DNA from: Chiloscyllium plagiosum
Lineage: Eukaryota
NCBI RefSeq assembly: GCF_004010195.1
Contig: NC_057758.1
Coordinates: 5,968,150 to 6,027,363, forward strand
Direction of reading: 5' to 3'
DNA length: 59,214 nt
Position numbers and translations under genes: made by a program. How positions within the stretch are numbered: the stretch's first letter is position 1; each line of letters opens with the position of its first letter. Of the stretch, positions 10,393 through 24,141 are shown piece after piece. The notes beneath the pieces are model-generated. The model had not been told where the DNA came from, did not search any database, and saw only the letters and a program-made list of their open reading frames with translations.

Positions 10393-12654
10393 GCTTCATT
10401 AACTCTTACTTAGTCAATTGTGACATTTTAAACATCAAGCATTCAAGGTCATTGTGGAACGTTATGAATGCAACTGTGCACCATTCTGTGGGTATCCTGG
10501 GCTGAAATGATCAGAACTTTGGAGTGACTATTCTGTTCAAATCTCCATTAAATGCCTCTTTTAAAAACCTCAATACAATTTATCTCCGCCTTACTTCCAG
10601 ACAGCAATTCCAGTACAAACGTCAGTGCTTTGAGGAACAAACAAGTTTTTCAACTCAAGTGTGTTGCATTTCAAGTCATTTGAAATCGTGCCTGATTCCA
10701 CACCCCATGTGTTCTCTCACAATTTCGAGCGGAAAACAGTCCATCTTGCTCACCTTTGTTCAATACCATCGTGTGATTGGATCCACTAATCCTTTTCCTG
10801 GACAAGGAGAAATGTGCCACATTAATACCTTCAGAACTGCGTTTCTTGCACGGAACCCATGCTTTTAAAGCTCTTTTGCGCTATCTCTCTTCCTTGTGCT
10901 TATATCTCGCTCAGACTTTAGGTCCAGAAATGGGTTCACAAAACGAATGGAGGCTGCAGTACCTTTAAACTAGTGAACAAGACCGGGTTAAATGGGTCGC
11001 TTTACAAATGCAAGATTCACCTAGAAACAGTCACATCCCTTGAAAACAAAGTCTGCAGTTTCCCAACGATAATGGCCACAATGCTTGTCTCTGGGAAGCT
11101 TCTCTTCAGGTATTACCGACAAATACAACTCACGTTATTTTACAATATTAAGGATATAATCTGGTGATTATCGGATATTCAGCCATTCAGATCTATGGAT
11201 TGTCCCAACAGATCGACAGTGAGCTGCTGTATCATATTCTGTGACAGCTCATTCCTTGCAACTTAAGTAAAAAAAATCTGATGGTGAGCAGCGAGAAAGC
11301 AGGACCATTTGGAAGCAGTTATTCCACAACACAACGAAGAATCAATACTGTTTAACACTCTGGGCAAATAAATCAGGCAGGGTGAGAGAGAGATGCAGAG
11401 AGATAGCATGAAGCAAGGCAGAGATCGTGACAGAAGAACGTGGATGAATGGTAATGACGCAAACGATTAGAATGAGATCAAGAAGAGAAAAGAACACTGG
11501 AACACATGTAGAGACAGTGGTAGAAAGAGATGCAGAAAAGCAGCGAATGTGTGAGAAGAATCAGAAGGTGAAACCAGAGTAAGGCAGAGCTACAGATTGA
11601 GAGGTAAAAATGGAGACAGATCGGAAGGAGAGAAACAAAGAGAGAAAGGAGTGAAGTAAGAAAAAGCCAGACAGAATTATGAGAAAGATCGGGACATAAG
11701 TAAATACAAGAAAGGATGAGACACTGAGATGGAATCATTGAAAGAAAGAATAACGCAATACAGAAGAGGCCGTTTGGAAAATCGAAACTATATTGCTTGA
11801 ACTATGGCAGCAGTTGAAAATGTTGATCGAGAGAGATGCAAAGAGTTCTTGGGGAGGAAATGGTGGGATGAAAGGGAGCTGAGATCATTTTCTATCTCAC
11901 TTTCCCAGGGTCGGAATGTGCCAGTGTAATGTGCAGGCAACGAATTCCAGTTGAAGTGTTGTCACTGTTGCAAGCCTGCACTATCAAAGTCCATCTCTCT
12001 CTCACCCTCTCTCTTGTTTTGTCTCTCTATATCTTTCTCTCTCTCGCTCTGTATCTCTCCCCTTCATTCTGTGCCTGTAAACAAGACAGATGGGGGAAAT
12101 GTCTGATCTCTTGCCCCATTCTAGGGATCCGTGTGCGTTTATTTTAGCAGCTGTTGTACAGCATTTTGGGAAATTCGGTGGTGTTCTCGACGTCGATAAA
12201 AGTTATTTCAAGCGAAGTGAACAGCTCCAAACCTCGGCATCCATGGCACACTGTGGCCAAGAACAACTGTAGATGAGATTGCAGTTGAGCAAGAAGTTAG
12301 CTCACCGCCACCTTCTCAAAGAGAGCGAGGGCTGGGCAAAGAACGCTGCCTACAACAGAGATACAGGTCGCGCCAATTGAAGAAAAATGAAATGAACTTC
12401 AATGTTATTGATAACCTCACGGCCTGGGTATTCACTTCAAGCGCTATTTCCCAGCGACAGTGCTGAAATGAAGAGGATGTCAAGAGCAGAACCAAGTGCA
12501 CATTCGGAATGAGGGATGATCTTGCTGAAGATATAATAAAGAAATACATGCAAGCTTAATAGTGGGAGGAGCACAGGCGAGTAAAACAATGCATGAGCTC
12601 TGTCATTCCACACCCACTGGATCAGATCTCCAGTCCGAACAACCAGTTGTGGGA

Positions 12655-13200
12655 GAAAGTGAAGGCAGCAGATGCTGGGGATCCGAGTCGACAGTGAGGT
12701 GCTGGAAAAGCAGAGCAGGTCAGACAGCATCTGTGGAACAGTGAAGTCGAACTTCAGGGTGTAAGTCCTTAATCAGGAATGAGGCTTGTTGGGCAATCGG
12801 GCTGAGAGACAAATAGACGGAGTGTGTGGTTTGTGGAAAGGTAGCTGAGAATGCAACAGGCAGATGAAGGTGGCAAGAAGGTGATAGGTCAGAGAGTAGG
12901 GTGGAGTGGATAGTTCGAAAAGCTAATGGACAGATCAAGAGAATGATGCTGAGTTGGAGGATTGTGATTGAGATAACAGGTGGTGGAAGGGAAAATGAGC
13001 AACCTGGTGAAATTCGCGTTACTCCCGTGTGTTTGCAGGGTGCCAAGGTGGAACAGGAGGAATTCTTCCTCCAGTTTAGAGTGTGGGAAAATGTGATCCT
13101 CTGAAGTGTTTTATAAACAAACCCACAACTCGTTCTGGAGAGAGTGATGCTGGAAAAGAACAGCAGGTCAGGTAGCATGAGAGGAGCTGGAGAAATGATT
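12655..13200 (-). mobile_element. Penelope-like element 3' end and terminal repeat
   Basis: Terminal-repeat sequence as at 8885-9100, plus a purine-rich body antisense to the 6050-6200 type of sequence. Confidence 0.6.
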
Positions 13201-13229
13201 TTTCGGTCCAAACATCCAAACATCAGCAA

Positions 13230-13950
13230 GTCCTGGAAAATATTCAGACTTGGCCAGGCAAGTGGAAAATAATACTTATGCTGAACAAGTATCAAACGCT
13301 GACCATCAGCAACAAGAAAGAAACAAACTATCATCCCTTGACATTCAGTAGCATCACAATCACTGGTTCCCACGCTGTCAACATAATACACGGTTTGAGG
13401 AGTTCATGGGGTACCTTTGACCAGAAAATCACAAATTTCGCCATCTAAATGTCTTGGAACGTCTGAGACTAGGAATCCTACAGCGAGTGGCCCACCTCCT
13501 GACTCCCAGTATCATGTCCTCCATCAACAAGTCAAAAGTCAGAAGTCTGATGGAATGCTGTGATGAGTGCAGTTCCAATTACACTCGAGAAGCTCTAAAT
13601 CATCCAAAGTAAACAGCCTACTTGATTTCCATCACACTAAAAACACTCACTCTGCCCCATTAGGCTCTCAGAAGAAGTAGTTTTTGCTTACTTCAGGAAT
13701 TCAAGAAAGATCCTAAGCCAGCACCTTCCAAACGCGTGACCACTGCATTCTAAAAGAAAAAGGATAGCAGATACATAGCAAAATCATTTACTGCAAGTTC
13801 ACATTCAAGTCGTTCGCTATCGTGACTGAGAAATATATTGCCATTCCTTCACTTTCATATGACCAGAATCCTGGAATTGCCCTCGCTGACAGCACTGTGT
13901 GTCTATCTACATCACATGGACTGCAGCGGTTCAATAAGGCAAATCACCTG
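13230..13950 (+). mobile_element. LINE (CR1/L2 group) RT C-terminus and 3' UTR, degenerate
   Basis: Frameshifted 'WQV...GVPLTRK...LGILQRVAHLLTP...KSKVRSLME...W.CP' motifs. Confidence 0.65.
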
Positions 13951-14459
13951 TGGACATATGACAATTCAGACAGGGGTAATACATGCTCATCCAGAGTGAC
14001 AGCTCCAACGTCCCAGGAGAGGCCTTAAAAAGCTAAGCTTATGGTAATCGTATAATCAGTATTCCAGGTTTCGTGTACATGTCCCACCGGCAGTCATTGA
14101 CCTGTTTGTACATTTTTAGGAACACCTTCTTCCTGGTGACTTTGCTCAAGGTTGTCAGACAAAACGCAACTAATGACAGCACCACGTTTTCAAAGCACAA
14201 ATATTTAACAAGCTGATAAACAGCTGGGAATATTTCACCTTCTGGACAGAGAGATGACAACGGGTGATAGATACATGGAGAGTTTGTGCATCAGATGGAA
14301 AGGGACGGAGAAAGTGAGAATGCTAATTACACAGAGGCACAATGAAAAGTCCAACAAAATAAAATAATAAAATAGCAGATGTGGAAAAGGGAAAGGCAGA
14401 CAGACACCGAGATTCAGAGACAGAGGAAGAAATTTGATGAGGGCAAAGAGTCAAGGGTG

Positions 14460-15365
14460 CAAGCCTCACCTGGACGGCTATACACAATTCTCGTCTCTGT
14501 ATAACTGAAGTAATCCAAACGTACAGGACTGCGCACAGATCCGGTCTATGTAGCCCTACTTGGAAGACTGTGTGAAATTCTACTATCCACATGCTTCAGT
14601 TAAACTACCTTTACAACACTGTGCATGGAGCGAGCAGCGCAATATTCATTCTTTAGTCCGCATGCTTAGCACCGTGCTCAGTTCCGGCTTCTGTATACCA
14701 CAGGTAGAAAACACGAGGGTACAATGCATATTTGTGGTTACTCCGTCCATTGATTAGGCCACACTTAGTGCACTGTGTGCAGTTCCTCTCTCCATATCCC
14801 GCAGTAAGACGCCACGCATTATCTGAACATGCACATTGCTGGACTCCAAATCTCTCAGCACGATACTTTGTTCTGCTCTCCATATCCCTTGTGTATTTAG
14901 AGCACTATTCGCATTTCTGATCTGGATTTCGCATGGTGCGCCTAAAATGAGAGTACACAGCGGAGATCAAATCCTTTTCTCCCTCAGTTTGGTCACGTTT
15001 TGATAATTTCACGCTGTCCGAGACTTCTATCTCTTAGCAGAATTACTTCAAACCGCTGCACCGAGTTCTGTTCTCCAGATTCTATGACTGTACGTTTCTC
15101 TGAACTTCCTGAACAGTTCTGGTCAATGTATCACATTTCAGATCCCACTTAAAGCAATACGCAGTGCTCCAACAGCCGAATCCCCAGTTTATATAATGGT
15201 TCAATCCTTTTCCACAGTTCCTGTTCTCATGTGCTTCAGTCCCCAACCTCATACGTAGCACAATGCAAAGTTCTTATCTCTGTAACAGTTGGATACACCA
15301 CATCTGGAGCACTGCGCACAGATCTGGGCTCCATATCCCTTAGTTAGACCACACTCAGAACACGG
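14460..15365 (+). repeat. ~50-bp degenerate minisatellite array resembling the CR1 'LVRPHLEYCVQFWSP' segment
   Basis: Units such as ttaggccacacttagtgcactgtgtgcagttcctctctccatatccc and accacatctggagcactgcgcacagatctgggctccatatcccttagttagaccacac. acca recurs at 15297 and 15348. Confidence 0.7.
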
Positions 15366-18364
15366 TGTGCCTTTCTGGATATAGACTGGAAGAAATACAG
15401 AGAACTGTCGTCACTGCTGAGGTCAACGTTCAAGCCAACCTTCAATCCATTTACTCTACCTGCACTTCTCGTTGCAGTGGAATGAAAGGCAACATCATTA
15501 AAGACTCCTCCTACAGCCGTCATAATATCTTCTTGACTCTTAGAGTCATAGAAAGCCATCGAGTCCGACAACACGGAGCCAAGCCCTTTGGCCCAAACTG
15601 GTCCATGATGATAAAAATGTCCATCCCCATGTAAATCTTGCTTAGTCATACATTAGTACAAATGCGTTTTAAATATTGTTTATCTACCTGCTCAACTACT
15701 TCAACTGGCATCTCATTCAATATGCAGACCCTCTGTGTAAAACACATGCCCTCAGGTTTCTTTTCACTCTATCACCTTTACCCGTAATATTATGGCCTCT
15801 CGTCCTCGATTCCCTCGCCTTGGGAAAAAGACTGAGTGTATTGAGTCTCTTTTTACAGACTCAAGGCAGAAAAGCTTAAACACACATACCAAAACGTTCA
15901 ACAACGTCTTCTTCCCCGCTGTTCAGGACTTCTGAACAGACAAATCAGATCTGAAATTTCATGTTGACGTTGATTTCTGTACACGTTTGCAGTCGTAACT
16001 TGGTATTGCTCTCTCTGTTTTATCACCCCTGTGACTTTGTGTGTTGTGGTCAGCCATACTGCACGCAACACAAAACGCTTCGTTGTACTTATGGACATGT
16101 GGCAAGAATAAATCAAAATAAATCAAACTGACTTCTGGCATTGCTCTGCATCAAAAACAAGACATCCTCCAAAATCACCTGCCCAACACCAACATCGATG
16201 CAATCACATTAATATTAAAATTGAAAGCTGAAATATTGTTTGCAGGTAGTGATACATAAAAGTAGGCAAGGTCGACCCAGGGGAACATCATTGGCAAACA
16301 GGAAAGTAGAGATATGTGAAATGGCCAACACGGAGAAAGTGAGATAGAGAGAGAAATGAAAGCGATAGTCAGAGAGAATAATCAGGTAGAGGCAGCGAAA
16401 TAGAAACGCAAAAAGGAGATAAAGTGGGAGAGAGAGTTGGTGGTGGCGGGGGGGGGGGGGGCGCGGATGCAGAGCGAGCTGCTGGGAATTCGACAGATCA
16501 GGAATGGATCCGAATTGAAATAAACAGCTGTCAGCACCTTCCAGTATCCCAGGAGTTGTCAGAGTGGGACACGCACATGCCCTCACTGTGGACTGCTGTC
16601 ATTGATTTATTCGGGGAGACAAGACAGCTAGTTTGCACACAAAAGTTTCCATTGTTACCAAAAAAGTAACGGCTGGTCTGTTGGAGGTATACCTTTTGGT
16701 GTCATTTCACTATTGGGGGTGGCGCTGGGAGAGAGTTTGGAGAAGCCTTGAGGCCAGATTCCATGAAATACTTGATACTGGGAAGTTTTAAGAACCGGTA
16801 GAGATACATCAATGTGAACGGAGTGAAGGACAACTAGATAGAAAGTTACATTGCTTCCAACGTTGATTAACTGAATAACTTGCCATACGAAGGGAAATGC
16901 AAGCAGTCATGCCATTCCGCGTTGGAAGTATATAAGTAATTGGAAAGGGAAGTTTATTCAGAACCATCTGAAATAGAGTAGTGGTGTGTGGATAATCTCC
17001 CAGCCTCTTTTAAAGACCCAAACGCATCATTTCTTGCCCAATTGCAATGTGTTTAAATGCAGACTTGGACTATTTTTGTTTTCCCACATGCTATTCTTGT
17101 TGTCAACAATCAGCAACAGTTCTTCAATCTGAACAAAACATTGGCGTGATTAAATAATCGGGTTTTTGTGTCCTCGGTTTGATGTGGAGATATGACTAAT
17201 GAACTCAGCCCTCTTTGCTCAGAGGTCAGAAGATTAGAAAGGATTCTTTCTTAACACCACAACTGCCCTCGGTAACTTGCCTGTTATTGTTCGCTCTTTA
17301 TGACTAATGCATTCGTTGAGAATTAATTGGAGATTAACTTCTTTATCTTCAGGGATACAACATCAGGTTAAACGCCAAGAAGCGGACACACTTGACAGAA
17401 ATACTTCTATTTAAGGAATGCGGTGTGATTATCTCTCATTGCTATCGACGTCAGTCAGTCTGTTAAATATTTGCCTTTAACACGGATCGTACCGGCAACA
17501 AGGCTCAATTCAGTCTCCGAGGTTTCGACAAAGGCTGCAATGTCCAACTGTAAAACCTGGTTAGAATCCAGGATCTCATTGTGTCTTCAATACACATACC
17601 TAGTGTCCCATATTTTAGACATTGCATTACCGTACACAATGTAGACTGTGGAGATGCCGCATATTGAAACATCAACCACCTCACACGCTTCACATTGAAT
17701 TTCTGTGGATAACAAAGTTTACACAATGCTAAGTGTCAAAATATCAGTAACCCAACACAGTAGTTGTTGTATTACTACTGGTATTGCTTTGCTGCAGTCT
17801 ATACATTGATGATTGTTCAAGCCAAACAATAGACATTGTATTACAGCAGACAACGCATAGATAGCTATTCTGCTCCAGAGTAGACATTCTATTCCTGTAG
17901 ATGATACACACTTTGCACACTGCTGAGTGTCCATGTGTCAGTTCATTTAGAGCTTATAGTGGAATGTATGCACAATACACAATCTGAATACTGCTGATTA
18001 CTTGAATATGAGTCCTCCCAGACTGTCCACATTGCATTACTGTATATGTGTGAGTCTGATAAAAGACATATTTATATATGTACATATGTGTGTTTGTGAG
18101 AGTATGTGTGTCTGCATTTGAATGTAAGTTTGTGATTTGTGTGTTTATCTGTACATGCATGATGTGAATGAGTCTGTTTGTGTGAATGTGAGTGCATATC
18201 TATTTGTGTGAGATTTTTTGTATGACTGCGTTTGTGGCTGTGCATGTGAATGGGTGTGAGTCTACGTGCATATCCGTGTGTGTGAGTGTGCGTTTGTATG
18301 TATGTGAATGTATGAGATTACGTGAAAATGTGTTTCACTGTGTGTGTCTGTTTCTATGAGAGTG

Positions 18365-18885
18365 TTACTGTGAATTCAATAATTTCTGTTCATGTTTCGT
18401 CACCTCGCGAGATGACGTCATCAGTGCATTTCCAGTGAATTGTTTGTGGTCTGGCCTAAATGGTATGTGTTTGCCTTTATTTCTAGAACTCCTGGTTCTG
18501 CATCGGATTTTCATGTGTATGGGTGTCCAGTTCAATGCGTTTATTGTTTCAATTCTCATTGGGGTGCCATTCTTTAATGAATTCTGTCAGGTGGCTTTGT
18601 TTTGCATGTGGTAAGATGTTAGATTGGGCTAGTTGAACTTTTGTCATTCGTTGTCTGCATGGTTGGAAATGAGAGAGCACTGGTCGAATCTGACAATGGC
18701 AAGTTGACGTTTGTGCCCAAAGTATGTTTAATCTTCTTCATATTTGTTCAATGTCGTGCTTTTCCCGGTCCTTGCAGATAATCTTGTCGATTTCGTACGC
18801 GCTTTTGGATGTGGGTGTCGGGTCTTTAACTTATGTGAGTAGCTGGTCGATGATGTCTCCTGGTTTGTGCACCAGTATGACTCCT
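18365..18885 (-). mobile_element. Penelope-like element fragment (GIY-YIG end plus hammerhead-like motif)
   Basis: Minus-strand 'QLAIVRFDQCSLISNHADNE.QKFN' resembles a PLE endonuclease C-terminus. CUGAUGA...GAAAC at 18424-18394. Confidence 0.65.
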
Positions 18886-18917
18886 ACAGTACTGTATGTT
18901 ACTTTCTATGTATCGCA

Positions 18918-19230
18918 GTGTGTGTGTGTGTGTGTGTGTGTGCGTGTGTGTGTGTGTTTGCGTGTGTGTGTGTGTTTGTGTGTGTAAGCGCGTGTGTTAC
19001 GTGTCTCAATGAGTATTTTCTTTTGTGCATCAATGTGTATCTGTATGGTTGAGCATCCCAGTCTGTGCACATGATGATATGTCAGTATGATTGTATATGA
19101 ATGCGTGTATGTCAGGGTATATGATTGTGTGTGTGCCTGTGCATGTGCGTCAGTATCTGTGCGAGTGTGTGTGTTTCTGTTTGTGTGTGTGTGTATGGGG
19201 AAGAGGGAGAGAGAGAGGGAGGGACAGGGA
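18918..19230. repeat. (TG)n and (GA)n microsatellite-rich tract
   Basis: Seen directly. A further TG-rich degenerate tract lies at about 18040-18360. Confidence 0.9.
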
Positions 19231-19244
19231 GAGAGTCTGCTTGC

Positions 19245-22200
19245 AATAGGTGCAGGAGTAGGAAATATTGCCCTTTGAGCAGCACCACCATTCATTATGA
19301 TCATGGCTGAACATCCTCAATCAGTATCCTGTTCCTGCCTTAACCTCATAACCCTTGATTTCACTATCCTTAAGAGCTCTATCCAACTCTTTATTGAAAG
19401 AATCCAGAGACTTGGCCTCCACAGCCTTCTGGGGCATAACATTCCATACAACCAACATGCTCTTAGTGAAGTCGTTTCTCCTCAACTGCGTTCTAAGTGG
19501 CCTACCCCTTATTGTTAAACTGTCTCGTCTGGTTCTGGACTCACCCATCAGCCGAAACGTGCTTCCTGCCTCCAGAGTGTCCAATCCTTTAATAATCTTA
19601 TTCGTCTCAATCAGATCACCTCTCAGCTTTCTAAACTCAAGCGTATACAAGTCCAGTCGCTGCAATCTTTCAACGAAATGTAGTGCCACCATTCAGAGAA
19701 TTAACCTCGTGAACCTACGCTGCACTTCCTCAATAGCTAGAATGTTGTTCCTTAAATTTGAAGACCAAAACTGCACACAATATTCCAGGTGCGATCTCAC
19801 CAGGGCTCTGTACAGCTGCCGAAGGACCTCTTTGCTTCTATACTCAATTCCACTTGGAATGAAGGCCACCAAGCTATTAGCTTTTTTCACTGCCTGCTGT
19901 ATCTGCATGCTTGCTTTCATTGACTGATGTCTAAGAACACTGAGATCTCGTTGTACTGCCCCTTTACCTAACCTGACTCCATTTAGGTAGTAACCAGCCT
20001 TCCTGTTCTTTCCACCAAAGTGGATAACCACATATTTATCTGCCATGCATCCGTCCACTCACCTCGCCTGTCCAGGTCACCCTGTATTCTACTAACATCC
20101 TCCTCACATTTCACCCTGCCACCCAGCTTTGCGTCATCAACAAATTTGTTAATATTACTTTTGTACCAACATTTATGATTAATGTACATTGTAAGAAGCT
20201 GCGGTCCCAGCAGTGATCCCTGCGGAAACTACTGGTCAGTGCCTGCCATTCTGAGAGGGAGCCATTTATCACTAGTCTTTGTTTCCAGTCAGCCAAACAA
20301 TTTTCAATCCATGTCAGTATTTTGCCTCTCATACCATGTGCCCTACATTTGCTAACTAAACTCCTATGTGGGACTTTATCAAAGGCTTTCTGAAAGTCCA
20401 GGTATACTACATCCACTAGATCTCCCTTATCCATTTTCTGAGTGACATCCTCAAACAATTCCAGAAGATTAGTCAAGCATGATTTCTCCTTCATAAATCC
20501 ATGTTGACGCTGACCTATCTTGTTACTGCTATCCAGATGTGTCGTAATTTCGTCCTTTATAATTGACTACAGCATTTTTATCACCACTGAGATCAGACTA
20601 ACTTGTCTATAATTCTCTGTTTTCTCTTTCCCTCCTTTCTCAAAATGTGGGACAACATTATCCACCCTCCAATCCGCTCGAACTAATCCTGAATCCATAG
20701 AACATTGGAAAATGATCATCCACGATTTCTAGAGCCACCTCCTTCAGTAGCCTGTGATGCAGATCATCAGGTCCCGGGGACTTATCAGCCTTCAGACCTA
20801 AAAGTCTCTCCAACACAATTTCCTGCGTAATATAAATTCCCTTCAGTTCCTATTCTTCAGCCGCTATTACATCTGGGAGATTGCTCATGTCTTCCCCCGT
20901 CGAGACAGAAAAAAGTACCAATTCAGCTCTTCTGCCATTTCTTTGTTCCCCGTAATAAATTCAACCACTTCTGTCTTCAAGCGCCCAATTTTAGTCTTTA
21001 GCATTTGTTTTATCTTTTCACATACCTAAAAAAGCCTTAACTATCCTACTTTATATTTTTGGCCAGTTTACCTACGTACCTTATTTTTTCTTGGCGTATT
21101 TCCTTTTTATTTAGCCTCTGTTGTTCTTTAAAAGCTTCCCAGTCCTCTGATTTCCCACTCATCTTTGCTATGTTATACATTTTCCCGTTCGTCTTTTTAT
21201 GGTTATAAAATTCCCTCGTCAGTCATGGCCACCCCGCCTCCCCTTCGGATCTTACTTCCTTTTTGGAACGAACTGATCCTGCATCTTCTGCATTATACCC
21301 AGAAATACCTGCCATTGTTATTCCACTGCCATCACTGCTAGGGTATTGCACCATTGAACTTTGGCCAGTTCCTACCTCATAGCTCCATCTTTCCCCTTAT
21401 TCAACTGTTGTATTGTCACTTCCGATTCTATCCTCTCCCTTTCAAACTGCAGATTAAAGTTTATGGTATTGTGGTCACTACCTCCTAATGGCTCCTTTCC
21501 TTCGAGGTCCCTGATCAAATCCGATACGTTGCACAACATCAGATCCAGAGTTGCTTTCTCCCTGGTAGGCTCCAGCACAAGCTGTTCTAAGAATCCATCT
21601 CGGAGGCACCCCACAAACTCCCTTTCTTGGGGTCCAGTACAATCTTGATTCTCTGCATGATGAAATCCCACATAACAACTGTAGTAATATCTTTGAGACA
21701 GGCCACTTTCAGCTCCTTATTCAACTTACACACTACATCCAGGCTACTGTTTGGGGGCCTGTAGAAAACTCACATTCGGGTCCTTCTACCCTGAGAATTT
21801 CTCAGCTCTATCCATACTGACTGTACATCGTTTGATTCGAGGTCCCCCCACGCAACGGACTGAGTATCAATCCATATCAACCGGGCCACCCCACCCCCTC
21901 TGCCAGTCAGTCTGTCCTTACGATAGGACGTATAGCCTTGAATATTTATTTCCCAAGCCCTGACCACTTGAAGCCACATCTCAGTTAACCCACAACATTA
22001 TAACTGCCAATTTCCAAATGAGCCTAAAGCTCATCCACCTTATTTCTAATATTTCGTGCATTCATATATAATATGTTTAATTTGTTACTCCCCTCACCCT
22101 TCCTATCAATCCCCATTTCACTTGAACTTGCGGCATGATGCTTTTTTGAGTTTTCTGCTCCATTGATTCCGTTGTCTTTCTTGACATCTCTTGTTCTAAC

Positions 22201-22262
22201 TTTCCCTTTAACTTCCTTCTTAAACTTCCAGTTTGTCCCCTCCCCTCTGCTATTTAGCTTAA
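19245..22262 (-). mobile_element. CR1/HER1-like LINE, ~3 kb, endonuclease through RT and 3' UTR, frameshifted
   Basis: ORF fragments 'LNILYMNARNIRNKVDEL', 'QGYTSYRKDRLTGRGGGVA', 'LDLMLCN...LGGSDHN', 'YLDFQKAFDKVPH', 'KFVDDAKLGG', 'YRALVRSHLEYCVQFWS'. Confidence 0.95.
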
Positions 22263-23589
22263 ACGCAACTGTGAGTGCGTGTGTGAATATGAATGGGAGT
22301 GTGACTGAGTTTGTCTGTGTGTGTATATACAGGGCTGAGCAAAGGGACACTATTTTCAGTGACGGTATCTGCGCCTGTGCAGAAGCACTGAGTTTAAAAT
22401 TCGTCATCGCAATTTGATAATCAGACCCCTCCCAGCATTTTCAGATAATCTGTGAATTAAAAAAAAACCACACAAACCGGTCGTATAATGTCTCCGATAG
22501 ATATTTAGAAATAAAACACATTTGTTGAACTATCGTAAGACCTGTAGAGGAAATGTCCCGCTCAATAACAAAACTTCCTGTTTTTCTTTGATGAGTTATT
22601 TTCGCTAAAGCTTGTGTTTATTTGAGAAAAAAACTTTGAATAAACACTCAATGAATTCCAAATTTAAGCTTTCCGTGTTATACATGAATATTGAGCAGTT
22701 TCGGACGACACCGTCTCCAGAATGGAGACGATTGCAGGAGATCTATGAGACGCTGAATTGCGTTGACAGAATAGACGGAGAGATAATGTTTCCTCATGTG
22801 GGGTAACCTAGAACGAGAGCTCACAGTTTTTGGATAAGAGATTGCAAGCTTAAAATGGAATTATGGGGGGAGTGTTTTTCACAAATGATCATACGTATAT
22901 GGAATTCACAGAGTATGGTGTATGCCAGATGTTATGACGATAGTTTGAACCTTTTTGCTAATCATAACCAAAGCACCCAGGTAAGGTCGCTCTGCCTCAT
23001 CACCTGTTCAAAGTGTTCATTAATGAAAACATCCCTGATTTCCACTGTTTAATGAAAAAACAATGTATTTTCCAAACGATAGAAGTGAATTCCAAACAAA
23101 AAGTGTTAAAAATCTGAGCCCACTTTTCTTAACTAACCAAGGTGTTACCCCAATTCTTTAAAAATGCTGTTTCAAGAACACAACTTAGTCTGTAGAAGTC
23201 CATATAATCTCTGTTGCTGAACTCCTTCTGGTCTTCTGAATCTGTTAGTTATGATGCCCTTCCGATTCTGTTGTCTTCTGCCCAGGCCATCTTCCTAATT
23301 TTGTATTGATCAGTTGTTACTATGCGATCATGCTCCATGCCTGCTTTTGCACAATGTACATGAACCCTATGCAGATTGTGTAAGTAGTTGGATTCTTTTG
23401 ATTGCCAAGGAGTATTCATACTTCTGGGGGAGTCAGAGTCTGCCAACCCAACGCTGTATTATAGAATAAGCGTTTAGTTCTGAAATTGACAAAAAGTCAT
23501 TCACAGGTGTGCTGATTAACTGATTGCGGAACCGAGACACCAATCCCAAGCAGTTCAGGTCTTCAGGTGTATCTAATTGAACGGTATAG

Positions 23590-23940
23590 AAAACTGAGAA
23601 TTTTGAGTAGAGAATGGGAGATGTTTCCATTGGCAGGAGCCAAAAGTGCCCGAGGGGATATCCTTAGAGTAAAGGAAATACCCTTTAGAGTAGAGATACG
23701 GAGAAATTTATTCAGTCAGAAGGTGGTGTATTTATGGAATTCATTGGCGCAGCATACCGTGGAAATCAAGTTGCTGAGTATATTTCAGGCAGAGTTTTGC
23801 ATTTTCTTGATTGTTAATGGCATCAAATGTTACAGGAATGAAACGGGAGAATGTATTCAACACTTCCAAGTTATTATTTAATGGTGGAGTAGACTTGATG
23901 GGTCGAATAACCTCATTCATTCTCGTACCTCCTTTGGTAT
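23590..23940 (+). mobile_element. CR1-like LINE 3' fragment
   Basis: ORF 23567-23881: 'MFPLAG.KSARGD.LRVK..PFRVEIRRNLFSQKVVYLWNSL'. A similar fragment lies at about 22720-22930. Confidence 0.8.
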
Positions 23941-24141
23941 GAACTAAATGAATGCAAAACCCTGAAGATTAGCACGTAATGTCACCACTAAATGTGCTTA
24001 AGTCCAATAATTCTAAACTCAACTGCATTTCGAGAATTTGATCCTGGGCGTGAACTATAATCGTCCGTATGCAGAAGAAGAGATGCCTGCTAGTTGCAAA
24101 CCCCCTACCCCCATCGGCCCGAAGTTCTGTAAGGAGGTAGT

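Noticed and set aside
16520..16610. YPRSCQSGT and VDCCH in different frames downstream of the + strand 50-bp array
   Set aside because: Needs several frameshifts and lacks a pyrimidine-rich acceptor. Too weak to call a defensin relic.
16665..17705. Possible minus-strand exons (IQCEACEVVDVSIC… and VLHSVHIDVSLP…)
   Set aside because: Several frames are equally open, no family motif is complete (too few Cys for Ly6/three-finger), and no start exon was identified.
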